32,000 nt of DNA from assembly GCA_028713895.1 (NCBI GenBank), contig JAQTNH010000001.1, positions 546,979 to 578,978 on the forward strand, given 5' to 3'. The position numbers and the translations under genes were made by a program. This DNA is from Candidatus Nanoarchaeia archaeon (lineage in GTDB: Archaea > Nanobdellota > Nanobdellia > CSSed11-243R1). The notes beneath the pieces are model-generated. The model was not told the DNA's origin, ran no database searches, and was given only the letters and a program-made list of their open reading frames with translations. Shown here in pieces: positions 21,496 to 28,979 of this stretch (within the stretch, counting starts at the first letter, position 1; each line of letters opens with the position of its first letter).

Positions 21496-22626
21496 ATGAC
21501 TGATTACTTCATTGAACACCCTGAGGCACTGCTAAGACAGCCAAAGGCAACAATCGCGGATTATGTAAAACAGCATGGTATCTTGGTTCCGCGAAGATTC
21601 GCTACACTGGCACAAGCCAAGGCGTCGGGCTTGGAAATAATTGCGCGCAGCGAACATCGTCAAGATTACAATGGCGCTTCTGGAGTACTGGAAAGCCCGA
21701 ACTTAGAATATTATCCAGATATAACAAGCGAAGACGAATTAAAAGGAAAAATATTTGTTAAAAGTATAAAACGAGGTCATGTTGGTTCATATTGCAGATT
21801 ATTAGATACCGACTTAAACCAGTTTAAACAAGAAGTCTCGTTTTCATTTTGGGAATTTTTAACAGGGCTTAACCGGAGTGTTATTGCAGATTCGTCCATT
21901 CCTGACAGATATCATGTGATGACTAATTCTCCTGATGGAAAAGTGTGCAATTATACAATATTTGAAAATGGAAAAATCGAAAAAGAGTTTTGTAATCCTC
22001 TTACAGGAGAACTAAAAGAAAGCCTGGGCAAGCTGATTGAAACATATGAATCTGTGCGGAACCTGCCGCGATTTGACAAGAATCATTGCCCGATAATGGA
22101 GTTCCAGACTGTGGGGGACAAAGACTATTTCCTGCAATACCACAGGACACGGGATTTTGAAGCAGCAGGATTTGTTTTGGACAGGTCACCAAAAAAAGGA
22201 GAAGTGAAAGTTCCGTTTGTAAGAGGCGCGACATCTCCAGAAGGAATGAAATGCAAGGTTACTGTTTATTATTTTGATCCAAAAAGAGAATGGCATTTTG
22301 ATACGGGCAATGAAGACGGTTCGTATGATGCCCACTACAATTACTCTTTTTCTGAGCTGCAGGCCAGAAAGCGAAAAGTCCAGTTGAAAAATGACGATGT
22401 GTGTTTAGACATGTCTCTTCTAAAAGTGATTGCAGAGCATACCCAAAAATCCAAAATTTTCAAGCCGCAGGTTTCTATAATACACAACATAGAAGATATT
22501 TTACGCAAGGGAGAAACAACTGACGACTTTTTAGAACAAGCTCGCAGCACTGGCAAAAATTCTTGCATGAACCTATACATTATATCGGACGGCAGAAAAG
22601 CATATATCAAGCGGCTTAAGGAGTAA
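21496..22626 (+). CDS. Hypothetical protein (376 aa), possibly a very divergent PEP-utilising-enzyme-type ATP-grasp domain
   Basis: Long ORF with its own TATA box. The family hint is weak: IIARSEHRQDYNGASGVLES resembles the VRSSA..ED...ASFAG..ET block, and IMEFQTVGDKDYFLQYHRTR resembles the IEWA...G.L.ILQARP block of the PpsA/PPDK N-terminal domain. The 3' end overlaps convergent aspS by 11 nt. Confidence 0.75.
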   Translation: MTDYFIEHPEALLRQPKATIADYVKQHGILVPRRFATLAQAKASGLEIIARSEHRQDYNGASGVLESPNLEYYPDITSEDELKGKIFVKSIKRGHVGSYCRLLDTDLNQFKQEVSFSFWEFLTGLNRSVIADSSIPDRYHVMTNSPDGKVCNYTIFENGKIEKEFCNPLTGELKESLGKLIETYESVRNLPRFDKNHCPIMEFQTVGDKDYFLQYHRTRDFEAAGFVLDRSPKKGEVKVPFVRGATSPEGMKCKVTVYYFDPKREWHFDTGNEDGSYDAHYNYSFSELQARKRKVQLKNDDVCLDMSLLKVIAEHTQKSKIFKPQVSIIHNIEDILRKGETTDDFLEQARSTGKNSCMNLYIISDGRKAYIKRLKE

Positions 22627-23887
22627 GCCGTGTCGGGTCACGCGGTGTCAATGTTGCTTCGCGGACATTCTTCAATCCAAGAATCTGCATTGTCAGGCGC
22701 TCTATACCCAAACCAAGCCCTGCGTGCGGAGGCATTCCGTATTTGAAGAATCGCAGATGGTCAAATCCATCCGGGTTAAGCCCTTTCTCAATCATCTGGG
22801 CTTTGCGCTTCTCGTAATTTTCCTCGCGCAACCCGCCGCTTGTTATCTCAAGCCCCTTGTAAAGCAGGTCAAATGCAAGAGCTGCCTTTCCTGCTTTCTT
22901 TGAATAGAAAACCTTGTGCTTGTACGGGAAGTGCGTAAGGAAGACAAAGTCGGATTTTTTCTCCTTTGCAGCCCACTCGCAGAGAGCTTTTTCGCCTGCA
23001 GGAGTCAAATCGCCTTCTTCAGTCGGAACTCCCATTGCTTCTACAATGCGCTTTGCTGCATCGAACTTCACGCGCGGAATCTTTTTCGGAAACTCAAGCG
23101 TTATGCCGTATTCACTCAAACAGCCGCTGCAGTTCTTGTTCAGGCTGATGAAAAGATTTTTGAGCATTTTTTCTTCCATTTTTAACACGTGCTCAAGCTT
23201 GTCGCAGACCATCTCAAAATCAAAGGAGAGATACTCGCAGATATGCCGCGGAGTGTGATGCGGCTCTGCGCGGTAAACCATTCCTGTCTCAAACACGCGG
23301 TCAAGCCCTGACAGAAGCGCCATTTCCTTGTAAAATTGCGGTGACTGCGCGAGATATGCTTTTTTGTCAAAATATTTTAGTTCAAAATAGTCAGTGCCGC
23401 CTTCGGTTGCTGCGCCGACAAGCTTTGAGGAATTTATGCGCGTGAAACCATTTTTCCTGAGAAAACTTGACATTGAACGGAGAATCTCGCTCTGAAGCTC
23501 GAATATCTTCAGGACTTTGGGGTTCCGCATCTGCAGGAATCGCCAGTCAATCTCTGTGTCTGGGTTGTTCTGGATTTTTCCGGAAATGTCCAGCGGGAAC
23601 GGCTGCTCGCATTTTGAGATTATTTTGATTTTGTTAGGAACTAATTCTTTGCCGAGCTTTGCCTGCATGCTGTTCACGAGTGTTCCTGTGATTTCGATAT
23701 AGTCCTCTTTGCCGAGAGATGCAAATGCCTTGCTGAGCTCCTCTGGCTCGTCCTTGAGAATCGCCTGTATTGTGCCGGTTTTGTCCCGGAGAATTATGAA
23801 CTTTATCTTTTTCAGGTCGCGAAGCTCCTGAACCCATCCGCGCAGTGTTACGCCGCCTTCCTTGTGAAGACTTTCAGTAATGTACAT
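22616..23887 (-). CDS. aspS: Aspartyl-tRNA synthetase, archaeal type (class IIb)
   Basis: 423 aa with an N-terminal OB-fold (VTLRGWVQELRDLKKIKFIILRDKTGTIQ). Class II motifs are present (FYLAQSPQFYKE, FRAEPHHTPRH, GMPPHAGLGLGIERL). It ends in the archaeal AspRS tail ...REATLTPRDPTRLTP. QSPQ rather than QSGQ favours AspRS over AsnRS. Confidence 0.95.
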   Translation of the reverse strand: MYITESLHKEGGVTLRGWVQELRDLKKIKFIILRDKTGTIQAILKDEPEELSKAFASLGKEDYIEITGTLVNSMQAKLGKELVPNKIKIISKCEQPFPLDISGKIQNNPDTEIDWRFLQMRNPKVLKIFELQSEILRSMSSFLRKNGFTRINSSKLVGAATEGGTDYFELKYFDKKAYLAQSPQFYKEMALLSGLDRVFETGMVYRAEPHHTPRHICEYLSFDFEMVCDKLEHVLKMEEKMLKNLFISLNKNCSGCLSEYGITLEFPKKIPRVKFDAAKRIVEAMGVPTEEGDLTPAGEKALCEWAAKEKKSDFVFLTHFPYKHKVFYSKKAGKAALAFDLLYKGLEITSGGLREENYEKRKAQMIEKGLNPDGFDHLRFFKYGMPPHAGLGLGIERLTMQILGLKNVREATLTPRDPTRLTP

Positions 23888-23909
23888 GTTCTATTCAAAA
23901 GAATGCGGG

Positions 23910-23917
23910 TTTATATT
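23910..23917 (-). promoter_or_regulatory. TATA box (AATATAAA on minus strand) for aspS
   Basis: Centred 26-27 nt upstream of ATG 23887..23885. It abuts the stop codon of the upstream coiled-coil gene. Confidence 0.45.
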
Positions 23918-23919
23918 AA

Positions 23920-25350
23920 TTACTGAGGATAATACTGGGGCGCGAATGTTGAAGCCCTTTGGACTTCGTCCGCCCGCGGCTGCTGAAATGCCTGCGGGGC
24001 TGCAAATTTGTGCATCGCTGCATTGAGCTCGACAATAGCGTTCTGCGTGAGTATAATCTGCTCCTTAAGTATCTGGAACTCTTCCTTGAGCTCATCAGAT
24101 TCGCTTCGCTGCGAGCGAAGCTCTTCAAGATGCTCATAGACTTTGTTTATTGCGTCCTCTGCCCTTTCTTTTGTCGCCCTGTCCTTCAAGTCTTCGCGCA
24201 CTATTATCTGCTTTTCCAGGTCAAGATGCCTGCGGTCAATCTCGCTTATGCTGTTCTGCATTTTCTTCAATTCATTTGACATCTCGTTAAGATTAACCAT
24301 CAGCTCATTTTTGTTTGCGAATACCTCTCCAAGGCGTTCGAATCCCTCGAGAGTGCTGTTCATGCTGTCCTTGACCCTTTTTTCAGCGGATTCTATCTTT
24401 GAAGACAGCATATCATAACGTTCAGAAAGCTGCTTGAATTCTCCGGACGAGCCTGTGTCATCCTTTATGAGCTCTATCCTCTGGAGAACGTCCTCTATCT
24501 TCCGCTGAAGCCCTGCTTCAGTCGAAGCAACGTCCATCTTCAGTTCGGAAAATGATTTGTTAAGCTTTTCAACATCAGCAAAGTGCATCATCTTCTGCTT
24601 TATTTCGCTAAATTCCTGCTTTATGTCTGACAATGAAGCCTCTATTATTTTGTCTATGTCCACTGTTGCGCGTTTTACCTCGCTGAATTCAGATTTTGAA
24701 ACAAGAGTTGCAGAATGCTCCTTTAGCTTTTCGAGCCCTGCTTTTACAGATGCAAGCTCTTCGTCTGTTGCGGTTTTGAGTATGGTCTTGCTTACTTCCT
24801 TTTGTTTTATGTCAAAGTTGCGTTTAAGTTCCTCAAGCGCAGCCGCAAGGGTTGTAAGCTGTTTTGTTTTTTCTTCAAAAGTTGCAAGTGTCTGCTTTTC
24901 AGACTTGTCAAGCCATTTTTCAATCTTGTCCTGCTTCTCTTTCAGTTCAAGCGCAAGCTGCCGGATTTTTGTTTTATTTTCTTCAGCTTCTTTGAGTATG
25001 GACTCAACAACCTCTTCAGAAAGCTTGTCCCTGCGTATCTCCTGCTTGGTGTTCTTGGTTTCTGTTTCCTTGATCAGTTTTTCGAATTTTTCTGTGTTGA
25101 CTTCAAATTGTTCAAGTTTCCGTTCAATACGCAGTTCATTTGATTTTGATTTGTCCTCAGCACTCTTCATTTTGGCTTCTATTTCAGAGGACATCTTGTC
25201 TACACTGGATGCAATAGTCTCCACAATTGATATCGCACTTCGTATGCTGTTCAGCTTAGAATCAGTATCCTTCTCAAAAACATTTGAGCGCTTTTCCAGC
25301 TCGTCAAGCTTTGTTTTCATTGAAACTATCTTATCAAGCAACTGCTGCAT
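23920..25350 (-). CDS. Long alpha-helical coiled-coil protein 2 (about 476 aa from ATG 25350; the ORF track uses GTG 25353)
   Basis: E/K/L/S-rich throughout with heptad-like spacing, no TM helix and no Walker motifs. It has a non-helical Q/P-rich tail (AAPQAFQQPRADEVQRASTFAPQYYPQ). Its ATG overlaps the upstream gene's TGA (TGATG), indicating translational coupling. Confidence 0.85.
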   Translation of the reverse strand: MQQLLDKIVSMKTKLDELEKRSNVFEKDTDSKLNSIRSAISIVETIASSVDKMSSEIEAKMKSAEDKSKSNELRIERKLEQFEVNTEKFEKLIKETETKNTKQEIRRDKLSEEVVESILKEAEENKTKIRQLALELKEKQDKIEKWLDKSEKQTLATFEEKTKQLTTLAAALEELKRNFDIKQKEVSKTILKTATDEELASVKAGLEKLKEHSATLVSKSEFSEVKRATVDIDKIIEASLSDIKQEFSEIKQKMMHFADVEKLNKSFSELKMDVASTEAGLQRKIEDVLQRIELIKDDTGSSGEFKQLSERYDMLSSKIESAEKRVKDSMNSTLEGFERLGEVFANKNELMVNLNEMSNELKKMQNSISEIDRRHLDLEKQIIVREDLKDRATKERAEDAINKVYEHLEELRSQRSESDELKEEFQILKEQIILTQNAIVELNAAMHKFAAPQAFQQPRADEVQRASTFAPQYYPQ

Positions 25351-26849
25351 CACAACACCTTATCCATTTCTTTCAGTATTCTAGAGGTGCTTTCTGCTTT
25401 TATATTTATTCTCTCCAATTCAGTTTCCATATTCCTGATTTTTTCGTCCATTTTGCCTTCTGATTTTGCCAGCTTTTGGCCCAGCTGGTCAATCAAATCA
25501 ACCACTGAGCTAAGCTTCTCTGACTTGGATATCGCTGCTGCAACATCCTTCTTTATGGAGTTCAGGACGCCCAGGTCAGCCGAACTCTCTGACAGCTTGT
25601 TCAGCCGTGCATCAAGCGCTTCATATTCAGCCCGCAGCCTGTCATGGTCCTTTTTGATTACCTCAACATAATTCAGTGCGTCTGCAAGCTCTTCACGCGG
25701 TGCAGGCATGTTCCTGATGTTTTTATTTACGTTTTCAATGTCCGATTTTATCCTGTTGAATTCGGAGAACTTTGCCTCGACATCCCCTGTCCGCGAGTTG
25801 AGCTTGTCAATATCTTTTTTTATCATTTCTATATACCCCATTACGCGCTTAAGGTTTGAAAGTTTTGCCTCAACATGGTTTGGCAGTACAGACAGTTCAG
25901 ACGACAATTTTGTAAACTCTTCCTTTAGTTTGTTAATCTCATTCGTCTGGATTCCGTCTATTGCTGTCTGCATCTGGTCAATATCCTTCTTTCCGACAAC
26001 CTTGCGTTCAAGCTCCCTCATCCTTGCCTTGATTTCGCTAATGTCTGAAATTGTTTTTTTCTCAAGACGTGAAAACGAAATTTTTGTGTCTTCAATATCC
26101 CTGATATCAACTTTTGTGCTGTTTGATTTTTCAACATTCTGCAGGTCATTCTTTATTTTTGCGAGCTGGGTCTTGATATCGTCAATCTTTTCCTGGTTCT
26201 CGGCGATTATAGTCCCGTTGAGATATATCTTTTTGCGGGCCTCATTAAGCTCATCAACAACCTGGTTTATGTGCCGCTTGCGTGTGTTGACATCTTTTGT
26301 CAGCTGAGAATCTCTTTCATGAAATGCTGCATGAAGAATTTCAAATTCCTTCTTTATCTTTTCAAATTCCAGAGAGTTTTTTTCAATTTCGTGCTTTAAA
26401 GAATCTTTTTCAGAGATAAGATTTACAATCATCTCCTTGTTTGTTTCTATCTGCTTTTTGTACCTATCCTCAAAATCCCTGTTTATTTTTTTGAGCTTGA
26501 CATCAATGAGGCCCTGATTCTCAGAAATCATCCTGAGCGCAGAATCCTGCTCCTTGTCTATTACAGGCTTTTTCCGCAGCTCCAATATTTCAGCACGCAT
26601 CTTGTTCAGCTGCGCCTCCAGCCCCCTGTACATTGCTGAAACAGCCTGGTTATCCTTTTGGGGTGCTGATTCGCGCCCGCGCAATTCAAGCGCCTTAATC
26701 TTGGGTATAACCTCAGATTTTAACCGCTTTAGCTCTATCTCAAGAAAATTAATTTTTTTGAATTCGGCTGAAAGGGGCTCAAGAGAGCTCTTTATTGTTT
26801 TGAACTCGCTATTCAGTGTTTTTAGTGCTAATTCTAAGTTTTGGTCCAT
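25350..26849 (-). CDS. Long alpha-helical coiled-coil protein 1 (499 aa)
   Basis: E/K/I/L-rich with no TM helix or nucleotide-binding motif. Internal ~55-aa periodicity is marked by YIEMIKKDIDKL (aa ~339), YVEVIKKDHDRL (aa ~394) and LNSIKKDVAAAI (aa ~429). It lies 25 nt downstream of the GalT-like gene, with a G-rich SD-like element (GGGGGT) before the ATG. Confidence 0.85.
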   Translation of the reverse strand: MDQNLELALKTLNSEFKTIKSSLEPLSAEFKKINFLEIELKRLKSEVIPKIKALELRGRESAPQKDNQAVSAMYRGLEAQLNKMRAEILELRKKPVIDKEQDSALRMISENQGLIDVKLKKINRDFEDRYKKQIETNKEMIVNLISEKDSLKHEIEKNSLEFEKIKKEFEILHAAFHERDSQLTKDVNTRKRHINQVVDELNEARKKIYLNGTIIAENQEKIDDIKTQLAKIKNDLQNVEKSNSTKVDIRDIEDTKISFSRLEKKTISDISEIKARMRELERKVVGKKDIDQMQTAIDGIQTNEINKLKEEFTKLSSELSVLPNHVEAKLSNLKRVMGYIEMIKKDIDKLNSRTGDVEAKFSEFNRIKSDIENVNKNIRNMPAPREELADALNYVEVIKKDHDRLRAEYEALDARLNKLSESSADLGVLNSIKKDVAAAISKSEKLSSVVDLIDQLGQKLAKSEGKMDEKIRNMETELERINIKAESTSRILKEMDKVL

Positions 26850-26874
26850 TTTTACTTCAACCCCCTGCCTCTTT

Positions 26875-27816
26875 TTAACTTTTGCCCCTAAGTATTTTTG
26901 ATACGTCTTCAGGAGAAACTTTGTTCAAGGACAGGCCGTAGCCCTCATCTATTGAAGAGCGCACACTCTTCTGGTTTATCACAACATGGAAATGGAAGTC
27001 CTTTTCATTTTTGGGTTTTATATAAAAACACATCCCGTAACGCAAAGGTTTTATTGCGGCGGATAAACGCATCATTATGTTCTTGATTACTTCGGCAAGC
27101 GAAAAAATCTCAAATTCGTTAAGCTCGCTTATGCAAGACGTGTGTTTCTTTGGCATTATCCATGTTTCGTAATCAAGCGTCTGGGAGAATGGTGTTGTGC
27201 AGATGAAGTGCTCATTCTCAAAAATAAAACGCGGGCTGTTTTTTTCTTCCCTGATAAGGTCGCAGTAAATGCACGATTCGTTTTTAATCTGGTAATCTGA
27301 GAAGCTCTGCAGTTTTTCCTTCATCTTTTTTGGTATAACTGGGAGCGTAAAAATGCGGGAATAAGAATGGTTGAAATCATGCTTCAAATTGTCTTTCGCA
27401 ATGCATACCTGTTCAACCTGTTCCTTTTTGTTTAAATCAATAACGCGATTAATATACAGCTGAAGCACAGCCTTGATTTCGTCTATTGTAAGCTCATGAA
27501 GCTCCTTGAGGTGGTCCCTTGTTTCAATGACTATTTCGCTCCAGCCATGCGCTTTGAATGACTGATAAAGCGGCCTGCTTTCGTCTATCTTGAAAATCAT
27601 CGGATGCGTTATGGGATAGGGGTCAACAATGCTGCGCACAAGCCATTTTCCTATTTTGCTGTTGGGGTCCTGGATGCTTCCGGTTTCCTCTGTTTTGTCC
27701 TCTGTGTCAGGATTTTCAGTGCACGGGCATAAAGCGCACCCTACAGAAGAAGGCTCCAATGAAGCGATGATAGACCATGCTTCCGCATCACTTGTCTTCC
27801 TAAGTTCGTTTTGCAT
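26875..27816 (-). CDS. GalT / ADP-glucose-phosphorylase-like HIT-superfamily protein with a non-canonical active-site motif
   Basis: 313 aa in two HIT-like halves. It carries an N-terminal CALCPC (compare the GalT zinc-binding C-x-x-C), a second-half CIYCD...ENEHFICTTPF...ETWIMPKKH...DFHFHVV, and FNHSYSRIFTLPVIP where the family has H-x-H-x-Q (HPHGQ in E. coli GalT). Confidence 0.7.
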   Translation of the reverse strand: MQNELRKTSDAEAWSIIASLEPSSVGCALCPCTENPDTEDKTEETGSIQDPNSKIGKWLVRSIVDPYPITHPMIFKIDESRPLYQSFKAHGWSEIVIETRDHLKELHELTIDEIKAVLQLYINRVIDLNKKEQVEQVCIAKDNLKHDFNHSYSRIFTLPVIPKKMKEKLQSFSDYQIKNESCIYCDLIREEKNSPRFIFENEHFICTTPFSQTLDYETWIMPKKHTSCISELNEFEIFSLAEVIKNIMMRLSAAIKPLRYGMCFYIKPKNEKDFHFHVVINQKSVRSSIDEGYGLSLNKVSPEDVSKILRGKS

Positions 27817-27819
27817 ACC

Positions 27820-27829
27820 TTTTATAAAA
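27820..27829 (+). promoter_or_regulatory. Palindromic TATA box TTTTATAAAA for the 27851 wHTH gene
   Basis: Centred 26-27 nt upstream of ATG 27851, inside a 34-nt divergent intergenic region shared with the GalT-like gene. Confidence 0.45.
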
Positions 27830-27850
27830 TCCGCGTGGTTTAACTATTTT

Positions 27851-28294
27851 ATGGGAAAAGTTTTTAAGGACAAGCCAATCGCGGAGATAATCCTGCGCAG
27901 ATTCGAGCGCCCATTCAATGAGAACACAGACTCACTGATAAGAAAGTTCTGCATTTCAATAGGGCTGTTGCAGCCAGGGGATTCCAGAGATGTTGTTGCA
28001 GACATATTCAAACTTCTGCTTGAAGGAAGAAAAGAGCGCAAGATTTTTTCTTCCAAGGAGATTGAGGACTCAATACGGACGCAAAGGGATACCGGCGTTG
28101 CGGGCTCGAACATACGGAGACAACTTTTGAGAATGGAAAAAATGGGTTTGATTGAAAAAAACAACAACGGCTACAGATTCAAGGAATTCATGGGCCTCAA
28201 CGAAATATTAAGCTCACAAATCCTGAAATTTTTGATAGAACCAACTTTTGAAAGAATAAAGGAATACGCTGACGAGATAGACAAACGAAATTAG
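27851..28294 (+). CDS. Winged-helix DNA-binding protein (147 aa)
   Basis: The ORF track gives 27629..28294, but its first 74 codons overlap the GalT-like gene on the other strand. The in-frame ATG at 27851 has a TATA box at -26. The C-terminal half, SNIRRQLLRMEKMGLIEKNNNGYRF, is a recognition-helix plus wing pattern. Confidence 0.75.
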   Translation: MGKVFKDKPIAEIILRRFERPFNENTDSLIRKFCISIGLLQPGDSRDVVADIFKLLLEGRKERKIFSSKEIEDSIRTQRDTGVAGSNIRRQLLRMEKMGLIEKNNNGYRFKEFMGLNEILSSQILKFLIEPTFERIKEYADEIDKRN

Positions 28295-28581
28295 TCCCTG
28301 TCAATTTTGTCAAAAAGAGTCACTGTTTTAGAAAGATATTCTGCAAGTTCCTTTCCTGCGCCAGTTAACTGTATTGTTTTTGTCCTGCCGTCCCTGCTGA
28401 AATCAACAAGCCCGTTCTTTTTCAGGATGTTTATCACGCGAACTGTGTGCGAATACGTGCAGTCAACCTCTTTTGCAAGCACAGAAGCGTATCTTTTCTT
28501 CGCATCTTTCGCCAAATTAACTAGAATCATCACTGGCTTTTTTCTAAGGAAGAAATGATGCAGTTCGTTTTTCTTTGACAT
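28291..28581 (-). CDS. Small MarR/ArsR-like winged-helix transcriptional regulator (96 aa)
   Basis: RYASVLAKEVDCTYSHTVRVINILKKNGLVDFSRDGRTKTIQLTGAGKEL is a canonical HTH, wing and C-terminal helix. A TATA-like TTTATTAAG lies ~26 nt upstream. The stop codon overlaps that of the convergent wHTH gene (shared TTAG). Confidence 0.8.
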   Translation of the reverse strand: MSKKNELHHFFLRKKPVMILVNLAKDAKKRYASVLAKEVDCTYSHTVRVINILKKNGLVDFSRDGRTKTIQLTGAGKELAEYLSKTVTLFDKIDRD

Positions 28582-28745
28582 ATAAATTTAGAATGAAATT
28601 GGCTTAATAAACCTTTTCACAAGAAATTTCACTTCGTTCAAGAGAAAAAAATTCATAAAAAATAAAATTTTCAAGAAAAAAATTAAGGAATTTTATTTTT
28701 TTAGAGAGTAAATGGCATGAATAACAGAGTAATTAACCGCAAAGA

Positions 28746-28861
28746 TGGGCCCACGGGGATTTGAACCCCGGTCACAAGCTGTCCGCAGTCTTTCCGCAAG
28801 CGATTTCTCGCAGAAAGGGCTTCCGCAAGCTCGTATTCTATCCAAGCTAAACTATGAGCCC
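28746..28861 (-). tRNA. tRNA-Arg (anticodon GCG) with a 42-nt intron at the canonical 37/38 position; CCA not encoded
   Basis: GGGCTCA TA GTTT AGCTTGGATA GAAT A CGAGC TTGCGG [intron 28822..28781] A GCTTG TGAC CGGGG TTCAAAT CCCCG TGGGCCC A. The anticodon is at 28826..28824. The D-stem is weak (two GU pairs) and the variable loop is 4 nt. Other intron placements give an impossible anticodon loop (no U33 or purine 37). Confidence 0.8.
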
Positions 28862-28979
28862 CTCATATTTGTTTAACTAAATTTTTTAGGGTAAATAAAG
28901 GTTACTTATGCTGTTGTGCGCATTTTTTAAAAGGATATGATACCCAAAACTAATAAATCTGCGCAAACTAATCTTTTTT

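Noticed and set aside
24143-26901. Long + strand ORFs (e.g. 24557..25384, 25708..26307, 26554..26901) with S/F/L-rich products
   Set aside because: They are antisense shadows of the E/K-rich coiled-coil genes, since GAA/AAG codons read as TTC/CTT. They are stop-poor for compositional reasons and have no start context or domain features.
27629-27850. N-terminal 74-codon extension of ORF 27629..28294
   Set aside because: It fully overlaps the 5' end of the GalT-like gene on the opposite strand. The in-frame ATG at 27851 has a TATA box at the standard -26 spacing, and the extension has no domain-like sequence.
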